Part shown: positions 20,428-30,671 of the stretch, one piece after another | Layout of the letters: each line of letters opens with the position of its first letter | How positions within the stretch are numbered: the stretch's first letter is position 1 | DNA from: a virus | Strand: one strand, 5' to 3' | Length of the DNA stretch: 64,000 bases | IMG/VR virus record: IMGVR_UViG_3300044615_000494 | Made by a program: the position numbers and the translations under genes | Notes under the pieces: model-generated | Databases searched by the model: none | What the model saw: the letters and a program-made list of their open reading frames with translations, nothing else | What the model was told of the DNA's origin: nothing

Positions 20428-23400
20428 ATGTCAATAATACTTAAAGAAGAATCAGCCAACAGCATACCGACACCGTCTTCAGGTAAGGCCACGCTTTTCA
20501 TAGACGATTATGGTGTAATGTCTGTTAAGGACAGTGATGGAAACGTAAACACTTTCCCCACAATATCTACTGCTAACACACAGGTATTATTTACTGACGG
20601 CACTGCTATTGGTGGTGACAACGATTTTGTATGGGACAAGAACAATAACGTATTAACGATTACTGGTAACGTTGCTGCCACTAGAATCAAGACAGACAAT
20701 CTTCTTTATGCTAACGGTAATCCATGGGACTTACAACTGCCTGGCGGCTCAAATTCACAGATTCAGTTCAATGATTCAGATCAATTTGGTGGCTCCGGAG
20801 CATTCACGTTTGATAAAACAAGTAATGCTGTCATACTTCAAGGTAACTTAACAGCCGCTAACGCTAATCTTGGTAATTTAGTATCAGCAAATTTTGTTAC
20901 TGGTACATTGACTTCTAGTTCACAACCTAACGTCACAAGTGTAGGTACTTTGCAAGGACTAACATTAGTTGCTAACGCACTAGTTACTACAAGCGGTGTA
21001 GACTCTGCTATTAGCGGAGCAAACTTAGTCAGCGCAACTTATTTGACTGGTACACTCACTACTGCCGCGCAGCCAAATATCACTAGTATCGGTTCATTGT
21101 CAACATTATCTGTAACAGGTAATGCAAACGTTGGAAACATAGGTGGCAACAACGCAGTCTTCACTACAGTATCTGGCACATTATCAACCAATGCTCAACC
21201 AAACATCACAAGTCTTGGCACATTGTCAGGTCTAAATGTTAATGGAACTGTAACAGCAGTTGCATTTACTGCTAACACCGGCGTATTTACAGGTAATGGT
21301 AATGGTTTAAGTTCTATCGTTGGTGCTAACGTAACCGGTACGGTAGCAAATGCAACACATGCAAGCACAGCAAACACAGTAGTTGATGCGGCTCAGTCTA
21401 ATATCACTAGTGTTGGTACATTGACTGGCTTGACAATGGCTGCAAACGCAGACATCACATTAAGCGGCGCAACATCAGAAGTAACAGGTGCTAACTTAGT
21501 TAGCGCAACTTATCTAGGCGGCACACTAACAACAGCCGCTCAACCGAATATCACAAGTATCGGCACATTAACAGGCTTGACTATCACAGGTAATGCTAGC
21601 GCAGGTAATGTTAACGCCGGTAATTTATTAACAGCGAACTTTGTAACCGGCACATTAACAACGGCAGCACAACCTAACATCACTAGTGTTGGTACACTAA
21701 CTAGTGCTACAGTTACAGGCAATGTCACTGCTGGTAATGTCTATGCTAACTCAGGCACGATTGGTGCTTCATTATTGACTGGCACATTAACAACTGCCGC
21801 ACAGCCAAATGTCACTAGCGTAGGCACATTGACATCATTAACAGTAACAGGAAACACTACAAGCGGCAACGTTTATGCTAATAGCGGCACCGTTGGCGCA
21901 AGTTTATTAACTGGCACATTAACAACAGCGGCTCAGCCTAACGTCACTAGCGTAGGCACATTGACATCATTGACTGTCACTGGTACAGCGACAGCAGGTA
22001 GCGTGTTTGCTAACTCAGGTACTATAGGCGCAAGTTTATTAACTGGTACGTTAACAACGGCAGCACAGCCTAACATCACTAGTGTTGGTACACTCACATC
22101 TTTGACTGTCAGCGGTAATATCTCAGCAGGTAATATCACTGGTGGTGCATTAGCAAATGGCAACAGTAATGTAAATATTCCAGCCGTAGCCGGCAACGTA
22201 AACATCAGCGTTAACGGAACGGCTAACGTATTAGTTGTAACAGATACTGGTGCGAATGTAACAGGCACATTGAATGCAACAGGTAATGCTAACGTAGGTA
22301 ATTTAGGCACTGCTGGATTGATCACAGCAACGGGCAACGTTACTGGTGGTAATATCACAACTGCTGGTCAATTAGTATCTTCAATAGCGACAGGTACTGC
22401 CCCATTAGTTGTATCATCAACTACTAAAGTAACAAATTTAAATGCTGATTTATTAGATGGTTATAGCACAGACTCAGCCGCAACAGCAAACACAGTAGTC
22501 ATTCGTGACACAAACGGCAGTTTTAGTGCTAACATTGTAACTGCAAACCTAAGCGGTAATGCAACAACAGCAGGCACAGTAATCACGGCAGCACAGCCTA
22601 ACATTACTAGTGTTGGTACATTGACATCATTAACAGTAACAGGAACAGCAACGGCAGGTAACCTATCAACTGGCGGTACATTAAGTGTAACAGGTAATGC
22701 TAACGTTGGTAACTTAGGTACTGCCGGTCTAATCACAGCAACAGGTAACGTATCAGGTGGTAACTTAACTACAGCAGGTGACTTGAGCGTAACCGGCAAT
22801 GCGAATACAGGTAACTTAGGTACAACTACCTTAATCGCAACTACTGGTAACATCACAACTATCAATAGTGGATTGTTACAGAACGGTAATAGCAATATTG
22901 CAATCACTGCTAACGGAAACGTTTCAATTCAAGCAGCCGGTAGTACTGTTGAACTAGTAGTCACAAGCACTGGCGCAAACATATCAGGTACACTAAATGC
23001 AACAGGTAATGCCAATGTAGGTAATTTAGGTACTGCGCAAGTATTAGCAACAGCAAACGTAACTGCTCCTCAATTGATCAGTAACGTATCAACAGGTACT
23101 GCTCCATTAGTAGTAACATCAACAACAAAAGTTGCCAATTTGAATGCTGACTTACTTGATGGCTATAGTACAGCGACAACAGCAACCGGAGATACAGTTG
23201 TAATTCGTGATATTAATGGAAGTTTCAGCGCAAATATCATCACAGCAACACTAAGCGGTGCGGCTACAACAGCAGGTACTGTAACAACTGCGGCTCAACC
23301 AAATATTACATCAGTTGGTACATTAAGTTCACTAACTGTAACCGGAAATGTAAGCGCAGGTAACGTAAGCGGTACATTACTAACAGGTACATTAGCAACT

Positions 23401-26349
23401 GCGGCACAACCAAACGTAACATCAGTTGGTACATTAACTGGATTAGGTGTAAATGGTAACATTACCGCTGCTAATATCACAGCAAATACAGGGGTATTCA
23501 CAGGCAATGGTAGTGGTTTATCACAACTAGCAGGTGGCAACGTAACTGGTCAAGTAGGTAATGCTCTAGTGGCAGGCACAGTTTATACTAATGCTCAGCC
23601 AAATATTACTAGTGTTGGTACACTAAGTTCACTAGCAGTTACAGGAAACGTTGCAGCCGGTAACTTGACAACAACAGGTGTGTTGAGTGTAACTGGTACA
23701 GGTGTCAGCAGTATTGCTGGTAACCTAGACATGACTAGCAACACTATCATCAATCTTGCTACACCAACAAACGCAAGTGATGCGGCAACTAAACAATATG
23801 TTGACGATCTAGCATCAACTGCTCTTGTATATCACGAAGGTGTCACAGCAGCCACAACTGGTACATTGGCTACTGCTACTGGCGGTACGATCACTTACAA
23901 CAACGGTGCAAGTGGAGTAGGTGCAAACCTTGTCACTACTGGCTCATTCAATTTGATTGATACCGCTAACGTTCAAACAGTAGGAACTCGTATACTTGTC
24001 AAGAACGAAGCAAATGCGGCACATAATGGTATCTATACTTGGGCTAACGCAACTACAATCGTTCGTGCTTCTGATGCCGATGAATATGGTGTAGGAGCAG
24101 GAAGTTTAAGCCTCAACGATTACTTCTTTGTTTCAGGCGGTAGTGTCAACAAGGGTAGCGCATATGTTCTAGACGCACCTAGTGGAACAATCACATTTGG
24201 TACTAGCAACATCACATTCGCACAGTTCAGTAGTTCGCAGGTTTATGCGGCAGGAACTGGTCTAACCCTAACTGGTACAACATTTAGTGTAAATGCTTCA
24301 CAGACACAAGTTACAGCATTGGGCACAGTAACAACTGGTACTTGGAATAGTATTGTAGGTTCAAGCGCAACTTTCGCAGCAGGCTTGTCAGGTGCAAATC
24401 TAGCAAGCATCACTGGTGGTAACGTCAGTGGTCAAGTAGCAAATGCTCTAGTTGCTGGCACAGTATATACGGCTGCACAACCAAACATCACTAGTGTTGG
24501 TACACTAACTGGATTAGGCGTAAACGGCACTGTTACTGCGGTAAACATCACAGCAAACACTGGTGTATTTACTGGTAACGGTAGCGGCTTAAGCGCAATC
24601 GCAGGTGCTAACGTAACAGGTACTGTGTCAAGTGCTACAACAGCAGGCACCGTAACAACTGCGGCTCAGCCGAATATCACAAGTGTTGGTACATTATCAT
24701 CATTAGCAGTAACAGGTAATGCTTCAGCAGGTAACTTGAACACTGCGGGCGCAGTCGTAGCAAGCACATTGACTTCAAACGTAGCAACTGGTACTGCCCC
24801 ACTAACAGTGTCAAGCACAACTCGCGTAGCAAACTTGAACGTAGCATACGCTAACGTCACAGATCATATCAATGTAACTACACAATCAAGTGGCAATGCT
24901 TACTTATTATTTGGTAATGCATTGACTGGTAACATTGCAGAAACAGCAAACGCAACATTCGTAGCAAATACAAGCAACGGTGCATTGTATGCAACTACAT
25001 TTGTAGGTGCATTGAGCGGTGCGGCGACAAGTGCTACAACAGCAGGTACTGTAACAACTGCGGCACAACCAAACATCACATCAGTTGGCACATTATCATC
25101 ATTAGGTGTTAATGGTACAGTAACAGCAGTAGCATTTACTGCTAACACTGGTGTATTCACTGGTAATGCTAACGGATTAAGCAGTGTACAGGCCGGTAAC
25201 ATTGTTGGAACAACATTAAGTTCAACAGTTGTAACTTCAAGTTTGACAACAGTTGGAACATTAGGATCATTAGGTGTAAGTGGCAACATCACAGCAGCCA
25301 ACATCACAGCAAATACAGGTATATTTGCAGGTAATGGTAGCGGCTTAACAGCACTAAATGCAAGCAATATTTCAACTGGCACTCTTGCTCAAGCAAGATT
25401 AGCAAATGCTAGCGTGACATTAGGTAGCACTGCATTGACATTAGGTTCAACAGTAACAACTGTTGCTGGTCTATCAAGTGTGACATCAACAACGTTTGTT
25501 GGAACATTGTCAGGTGCCGCTACAACAGCAGGTACTGTAACGACTGCGGCTCAACCTAACATCACTAGCGTAGGTACCCTATCTGGATTGACTGTATCAA
25601 GCACTATCAGTGGTTCAGTAAGTGGATCAGCCGCGACAGTAACAACTGCGGCACAACCCAATATCACTAGTGTTGGTACGTTGACATCATTGACTGTAAG
25701 CGGTGCCGCAAACATACAATCAACTACTGCGGCAACAAGCACTACAACAGGTGCATTGATCGTAGCAGGTGGTATAGGTGCTAATGCAAATAGTTACTTC
25801 AGTAACTTTAGCGTTAAATCAAATATCGCTTACGTATCACCAAACGGTGCAAACACTATCAACAGTCAGATGTTGAATGGTGGTACACTAGCATGGTCAG
25901 GTAACGCAGGTCAGTTATTCAGCATCACTGATAGCATGTCTGGTAACATCTTCAGCGTGAACGATGTTTCTGGCATACCAATGATCACAGTAAGTGATAC
26001 TGGTACTATCAATCTTGCCCCAAGCGGCGGCTTTGTAGCATTTGGTGTAAGCACAGGCATCAGCGCAGCAGGTTCAACACAGGGTACTGCAACTGCATTG
26101 ACTCGTCCAATCAACGTAGTCAGCACAGTAAGTTCAGGTCAAGGTGTTGTCATGCCAACAACTACTGCTGGTATGAGAATAGTCATCATCAATACTAGCG
26201 CAACAGCATTGAATGTGTACCCTGCTACAGGTGGTGCTATTAACGCCGGCGCGACAAACGCAGCCTACTCACTAGCAGCAGGCGGCAGACTTGAATTCGT
26301 AGCAACATCAACAACACAATGGTACACTCTAAGCGCAACATATGCGTAA
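20428..26349 (+). CDS. Very long fibre protein 4 (1973 aa)
   Basis: 17 copies of QPN(I/V)TS(V/I/L)G plus one QSN variant. Shares a DAATKQYVD domain with fibre 2. Confidence 0.8.
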   Translation: MSIILKEESANSIPTPSSGKATLFIDDYGVMSVKDSDGNVNTFPTISTANTQVLFTDGTAIGGDNDFVWDKNNNVLTITGNVAATRIKTDNLLYANGNPWDLQLPGGSNSQIQFNDSDQFGGSGAFTFDKTSNAVILQGNLTAANANLGNLVSANFVTGTLTSSSQPNVTSVGTLQGLTLVANALVTTSGVDSAISGANLVSATYLTGTLTTAAQPNITSIGSLSTLSVTGNANVGNIGGNNAVFTTVSGTLSTNAQPNITSLGTLSGLNVNGTVTAVAFTANTGVFTGNGNGLSSIVGANVTGTVANATHASTANTVVDAAQSNITSVGTLTGLTMAANADITLSGATSEVTGANLVSATYLGGTLTTAAQPNITSIGTLTGLTITGNASAGNVNAGNLLTANFVTGTLTTAAQPNITSVGTLTSATVTGNVTAGNVYANSGTIGASLLTGTLTTAAQPNVTSVGTLTSLTVTGNTTSGNVYANSGTVGASLLTGTLTTAAQPNVTSVGTLTSLTVTGTATAGSVFANSGTIGASLLTGTLTTAAQPNITSVGTLTSLTVSGNISAGNITGGALANGNSNVNIPAVAGNVNISVNGTANVLVVTDTGANVTGTLNATGNANVGNLGTAGLITATGNVTGGNITTAGQLVSSIATGTAPLVVSSTTKVTNLNADLLDGYSTDSAATANTVVIRDTNGSFSANIVTANLSGNATTAGTVITAAQPNITSVGTLTSLTVTGTATAGNLSTGGTLSVTGNANVGNLGTAGLITATGNVSGGNLTTAGDLSVTGNANTGNLGTTTLIATTGNITTINSGLLQNGNSNIAITANGNVSIQAAGSTVELVVTSTGANISGTLNATGNANVGNLGTAQVLATANVTAPQLISNVSTGTAPLVVTSTTKVANLNADLLDGYSTATTATGDTVVIRDINGSFSANIITATLSGAATTAGTVTTAAQPNITSVGTLSSLTVTGNVSAGNVSGTLLTGTLATAAQPNVTSVGTLTGLGVNGNITAANITANTGVFTGNGSGLSQLAGGNVTGQVGNALVAGTVYTNAQPNITSVGTLSSLAVTGNVAAGNLTTTGVLSVTGTGVSSIAGNLDMTSNTIINLATPTNASDAATKQYVDDLASTALVYHEGVTAATTGTLATATGGTITYNNGASGVGANLVTTGSFNLIDTANVQTVGTRILVKNEANAAHNGIYTWANATTIVRASDADEYGVGAGSLSLNDYFFVSGGSVNKGSAYVLDAPSGTITFGTSNITFAQFSSSQVYAAGTGLTLTGTTFSVNASQTQVTALGTVTTGTWNSIVGSSATFAAGLSGANLASITGGNVSGQVANALVAGTVYTAAQPNITSVGTLTGLGVNGTVTAVNITANTGVFTGNGSGLSAIAGANVTGTVSSATTAGTVTTAAQPNITSVGTLSSLAVTGNASAGNLNTAGAVVASTLTSNVATGTAPLTVSSTTRVANLNVAYANVTDHINVTTQSSGNAYLLFGNALTGNIAETANATFVANTSNGALYATTFVGALSGAATSATTAGTVTTAAQPNITSVGTLSSLGVNGTVTAVAFTANTGVFTGNANGLSSVQAGNIVGTTLSSTVVTSSLTTVGTLGSLGVSGNITAANITANTGIFAGNGSGLTALNASNISTGTLAQARLANASVTLGSTALTLGSTVTTVAGLSSVTSTTFVGTLSGAATTAGTVTTAAQPNITSVGTLSGLTVSSTISGSVSGSAATVTTAAQPNITSVGTLTSLTVSGAANIQSTTAATSTTTGALIVAGGIGANANSYFSNFSVKSNIAYVSPNGANTINSQMLNGGTLAWSGNAGQLFSITDSMSGNIFSVNDVSGIPMITVSDTGTINLAPSGGFVAFGVSTGISAAGSTQGTATALTRPINVVSTVSSGQGVVMPTTTAGMRIVIINTSATALNVYPATGGAINAGATNAAYSLAAGGRLEFVATSTTQWYTLSATYA
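21646..22110 (+). repeat. About 132-nt (44-aa) tandem repeats within fibre 4
   Basis: TGTLTTAAQPNVTSVGTLTSLTVTG...ANSGT(I/V)GASLL repeated three times in succession. Boundaries approximate. Confidence 0.8.
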
Positions 26350-26361
26350 AGGAGATACACA

Positions 26362-27045
26362 TTGTCAATTGGTTACAATCCAAGCATAGCGACTACAGGC
26401 TTAGTACTAAATCTGGATGCGGGCAACAAACGCAGTTATCCGGGTTCAGGAACACTATGGAGTGATGCATCAACCACAGGTGGAAACGACGGGACATTAG
26501 TTAATGGCCCAGTGTATAGTAGCACCAATGGAGGCTATCTAGACTTTGACGGCGTTGATGATTATACTTCAAGCACTAGCACTTCTACTACAGATTTGAC
26601 CGGCACTATGACTTGCGAATGCTGGTTCAAGTTAGATGCTACAGCAAGCGATTGGGTTAGAGTGTTTGGCAAGGGTGATAGCACTAACAGAACATATGGA
26701 TTATGGTATAATACAGGATCAAGTATCTTGCTATATCAACGTTACGGAACCAGTAATTTTGGGGTCACGTACTCTGCTACAGTAAACACCGGCGTTTGGT
26801 ATCAGATGGTAGGAGTGAGCAATGGTACCGCACAAGCATTATATCTGAATGGAGTATCAGTAGGGTCTCTGACCAGTGGTTCAGCAACATTTTTTAGTAG
26901 TAGTGAAGGTTATAGAGTGGGCGGTGCAAACTTTCATACATATCATAACGGGCCTATTTCAATAGTGAGATTATATAATGCCGCACTCACCGCAGACCAA
27001 GTATTACAAAACTTCAACGCCACGCGTGGGAGATATAGCATCTAA
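26362..27045 (+). CDS. LamG/ConA-like lectin domain protein (array member 1)
   Basis: GLVLNLDAGN...SYPGSG...FDGVDDY...LYNAALTADQVLQNFNATRGRYSI. TTG start with GGAG SD. Confidence 0.85.
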   Translation: MSIGYNPSIATTGLVLNLDAGNKRSYPGSGTLWSDASTTGGNDGTLVNGPVYSSTNGGYLDFDGVDDYTSSTSTSTTDLTGTMTCECWFKLDATASDWVRVFGKGDSTNRTYGLWYNTGSSILLYQRYGTSNFGVTYSATVNTGVWYQMVGVSNGTAQALYLNGVSVGSLTSGSATFFSSSEGYRVGGANFHTYHNGPISIVRLYNAALTADQVLQNFNATRGRYSI

Positions 27046-27067
27046 ATAGATATAAGGAGACAGAACA

Positions 27068-27340
27068 ATGGTAACAGAAAACAACGGATTGACATATGTG
27101 ATATTCAATGTGTCAGAACTAGATCAGATAGATTTCAATCAGGTATTACAGACATCGGCTGAAACATGCCGTCGTAGCGTAGATGGATTGCAAACACTAG
27201 TCAAGTGGTATTCACACACAGGAGTTCCTTCATGTGTGCAGTCATTGACTACTAAGGGTCCATATATGACACACGATGAGACACTGGAAGTCATGTCAAC
27301 ACCTGCTTGGACAGAACCAGTAGACCCAGAGAATCCATAA
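27068..27340 (+). CDS. Small hypothetical protein within the lectin array
   Basis: 90-aa ORF with strong SD (AAGGAG). Confidence 0.75.
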   Translation: MVTENNGLTYVIFNVSELDQIDFNQVLQTSAETCRRSVDGLQTLVKWYSHTGVPSCVQSLTTKGPYMTHDETLEVMSTPAWTEPVDPENP

Positions 27341-27987
27341 TGGCATTACAACATAATCCATCTATAGTGACATCAGGATTGATAGCATGTTTTGATCCTG
27401 CAAATCCTAGAACTTATTCAGGAAGCGGCACTACAATATACGATGCTAGCGGCAATGGCTATACTGGCACGTTAGTCAACGGAGTCACATATACCACAAG
27501 CAACGGTGGTCTATTCGTACTAGATGGAACAGATGATTATATCGATATACCTATCAATCTATCTACGACAAATTATACAATAATGGGAGTATCAAGATAC
27601 ATAGGCGCAACCGGTAGAAATCGTACATTCTCAGCAAAAAATAACAACTGGCTCATGGGACATTGGAGCGGAACAACGGAGAATCATTATGCTGAAGGTT
27701 GGGTGACAGCGGTAGGGGCAGGCCCCGGTGACAATAACTGGCGTATCTATGCGGCTTCAGGAAATATTTCAGGAGACAGTTATAATTTTTATGTCAACGG
27801 AGTTTTAAATACAGGTCCAAGCACAGGTGGCTCTGCCGGACCAAATGGATTTGCTATAGGATCATATGCAGGTAGTAGCGAGTTTTCAAACGCACAGATA
27901 GGATTCATGCTAGTATACAACACAGTTTTGACGGCTGCACAGATCGCACAAAACTTCAATGCTTATCGCGGGAGATACGGAATCTAA
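27340..27987 (+). CDS. LamG/ConA-like protein (member 2)
   Basis: Starts MALQHNPSIVTSGL (ATG overlaps the upstream TAA). Ends RGRYGI. Confidence 0.85.
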   Translation: MALQHNPSIVTSGLIACFDPANPRTYSGSGTTIYDASGNGYTGTLVNGVTYTTSNGGLFVLDGTDDYIDIPINLSTTNYTIMGVSRYIGATGRNRTFSAKNNNWLMGHWSGTTENHYAEGWVTAVGAGPGDNNWRIYAASGNISGDSYNFYVNGVLNTGPSTGGSAGPNGFAIGSYAGSSEFSNAQIGFMLVYNTVLTAAQIAQNFNAYRGRYGI

Positions 27988-27989
27988 TC

Positions 27990-28643
27990 ATGGCACTAGG
28001 ACACAATCCATCAATAGCGACATCAGGATTATTATTCTGTGTAGATGCGGCCAATCAACGCAGTTATCCAGGTAGCGGTACATCATGGGCACAACTTGTT
28101 GGAAATACTAATACAGGTGTATTAACCAACGGATCAACTTACAGCAGTTCAAATTTAGGATCGATAGTATTTGACGGTGTTGATGATTATGTAGATTTTT
28201 CAGGCAATTTAGGCACTATGGCAAATTATACCATAATGTACTGGGCATATAGAAGTGCAGAAAATAGAATGCCTGTTGCTGGCAGGACAAGTACAGCATT
28301 TTATTGGTATGGAGACAACAGTTGGGCATACACTCACGGCGGTGTATGGGGTGAATACTATTATTCTAAGCCTACAAGCATACCATTAAACACTTGGGGA
28401 TGCTATTGTGTAGTTTATAATGGTAGTAATGTTTCAATATATCGTCAAGGTGTATATCAAGGACAGCAATCAACAACAGGTACAGCAGATTGGAGCCAAG
28501 GTTTGCGAGTAGGTTACTGGTCAGCAGGTGGCGGCTACGCATGGCAAGGTAATATATCAGATGTCATGATGTATAATGTAGCATTAACCGCAGATCAAGT
28601 GACGCAAAATTTTAATGCACTACGCGGAAGATATGGTATATGA
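27990..28643 (+). CDS. LamG/ConA-like protein (member 3)
   Basis: Same N- and C-terminal motifs as other members. Confidence 0.85.
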   Translation: MALGHNPSIATSGLLFCVDAANQRSYPGSGTSWAQLVGNTNTGVLTNGSTYSSSNLGSIVFDGVDDYVDFSGNLGTMANYTIMYWAYRSAENRMPVAGRTSTAFYWYGDNSWAYTHGGVWGEYYYSKPTSIPLNTWGCYCVVYNGSNVSIYRQGVYQGQQSTTGTADWSQGLRVGYWSAGGGYAWQGNISDVMMYNVALTADQVTQNFNALRGRYGI

Positions 28644-29320
28644 GCATAGGCTATAATCCATCAATAGCGACATCAGGATTAATACTCTGTATTGATTCTT
28701 ATAACGCACGATGCTATAATGGTAGTGGCAGCACGGCTATCGATGTAAGCGGTAATAACAACAATATGACTATTGGTGGAAGCCCTACATATTCTGCTAC
28801 ACAAGGGTGGACCTTCACCAATGGCTCTACTGCTAACTATATGATCAAAAATCCTATATCTATGCCTACAACTACATTGAGTTATGAGATATGGTGTAAA
28901 ACTACAGTTGGTGGAACAGGAATAATAAGTTATGCAAGTTCTGCGGCTGACAATGATTTTCTTATGTTTGATCCTAGTAATTTAGGATTATATGTAGGAG
29001 TAACAGCAGTAGCATCAGGTGTAAGTATAAATGATGGCAATTGGAAACAAGTTGTCAGAACAAGCAACAGAACTACTGGGGCCGAAACATTATATGTTAA
29101 TGGTGTAAGTCAGTATACTGGTACTTTAAGTGCTGGTACATTAATCGCTACAGGTGGTGCGTTAGTACTTGCGCAAGAACAAGATAGTATTGGTGGTAGT
29201 TTTGATCCCAACCAAGCATTCGGTGGAAACATTGCTTTATTTCGATTATACAATGCAGTGTTAACAGCAGATCAAGTACTTCAAAATTTTAACGCAACAC
29301 GCGGGAGATATGGTATATGA
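28640..29320 (+). CDS. LamG/pentraxin-like protein (member 4)
   Basis: Same terminal motifs. Core GGALVLAQEQDSIGG is pentraxin-like. Confidence 0.85.
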   Translation: MSIGYNPSIATSGLILCIDSYNARCYNGSGSTAIDVSGNNNNMTIGGSPTYSATQGWTFTNGSTANYMIKNPISMPTTTLSYEIWCKTTVGGTGIISYASSAADNDFLMFDPSNLGLYVGVTAVASGVSINDGNWKQVVRTSNRTTGAETLYVNGVSQYTGTLSAGTLIATGGALVLAQEQDSIGGSFDPNQAFGGNIALFRLYNAVLTADQVLQNFNATRGRYGI

Positions 29321-30000
29321 GCATAGGCTATAATCCATCAATTGTCACATCAGGCTTAGTCCTGTGTGTTGACGCCGGTAACCCTAGAAGTTATTCCGGC
29401 AGTGGAACAGCATGGAATGACGCTACCACTTCGGGATTTAATTATACTCTTACAAATAGTCCAACTTATACAAGTGGTACTAGTGGATTTTTTACTTTTG
29501 ATGGAGTAAATGATTATGCTACTGCAAGTAATAATACAGCACTAGATACACAAACTCCAAGTGTTGAAGTATGGGTTAAGACAAACGCTACTACGCAAAA
29601 TGGTTTTTGGTTTGAGAAGGGTACAGTTAACACGCAATATAGTTTATTCCAAGAAGGTGCAGTAATACAATGGCGTCAATTTTTTAGTTCTGGTCAAGGA
29701 TTAACCAATCTTTCTACAACTACTGCAACGTATATGAATACCAGCAATTGGTACCAAATCGTAGGTACATTCACTTCGGGTAGTAGAATACTTTATATTA
29801 ACGGTGTGCAAGTCAATTCAGACAGTCAAGCCGGAACAATATCAACAAATACCGGTGGTCAATGGATTGGAGTATATGGTGGCGCTGCCGGCTATTTTTA
29901 TAATGGTTCATTATCTATTTGCAGAGTTTATAATCGTGTATTGACTGCCGCGGAAATATTACAAAACTTCAACGCGCAACGCGGGAGATATGGAATCTAA
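29317..30000 (+). CDS. LamG/ConA-like protein (member 5)
   Basis: Same terminal motifs. Confidence 0.85.
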   Translation: MSIGYNPSIVTSGLVLCVDAGNPRSYSGSGTAWNDATTSGFNYTLTNSPTYTSGTSGFFTFDGVNDYATASNNTALDTQTPSVEVWVKTNATTQNGFWFEKGTVNTQYSLFQEGAVIQWRQFFSSGQGLTNLSTTTATYMNTSNWYQIVGTFTSGSRILYINGVQVNSDSQAGTISTNTGGQWIGVYGGAAGYFYNGSLSICRVYNRVLTAAEILQNFNAQRGRYGI

Positions 30001-30002
30001 TC

Positions 30003-30671
30003 ATGGCACTAGGACATAACCCATCAATAGCGACATCAGGGTTAGTACTATGCCTAGACGCAGCCAATCCGCGTAGTTATCCAGGTAGCGGTACTAATTG
30101 GGCTGATGCTATGGGAAGCACAACTAAAGGTACATTGACCAACAGTCCTACGTATAGTGCTACTAATAATGGTGGATTAATATTTGACGGTATTGATGAT
30201 TATGTAGAACTTAATACAACTAATATAGTTACTGGTACTAATCCTTTTACTGTTGAATGTTGGTATAATCTAGTATCAGGAGCATATGGAGAATTGTTTG
30301 GTAATTACGGCACAGGATATACTACAAACTATTTATGGGTAGCAACATTAGGTTTTTATATAAGTGGTAGTTGTTATGTACCTAACTATGCTACTGCTAC
30401 GCAAGGTATACATTGTGTAACTTGTACTAGAGATGGTAGTGGCAATTGTGTCACATATCTTGACGGTGTTTCAGTTGCAACGGCATCACTAGGGGGAAGT
30501 GTTCCTGCAGGCCCAAACTTTAGAATAGGTGCAGATACAAATACCAATGGCGGAGTTGGCCCGGAACAACTTAATGGTAGAATTTACAATCTTAAAGTTT
30601 ATAATGTTGCATTAACTGCCATACAAGTAGCACAAAACTTTAATGCAATGCGCGGGAGATTTGGTATATGA
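30003..30671 (+). CDS. LamG/ConA-like protein (member 6)
   Basis: Same terminal motifs. Confidence 0.85.
   Translation: MALGHNPSIATSGLVLCLDAANPRSYPGSGTNWADAMGSTTKGTLTNSPTYSATNNGGLIFDGIDDYVELNTTNIVTGTNPFTVECWYNLVSGAYGELFGNYGTGYTTNYLWVATLGFYISGSCYVPNYATATQGIHCVTCTRDGSGNCVTYLDGVSVATASLGGSVPAGPNFRIGADTNTNGGVGPEQLNGRIYNLKVYNVALTAIQVAQNFNAMRGRFGI

Noticed and set aside
3052-26126. Numerous minus-strand ORFs in the track over the tape measure, head and fibre genes
   Set aside because: Shadow ORFs produced by biased codon use and repeats on the coding strand. No RBS or recognisable motifs.
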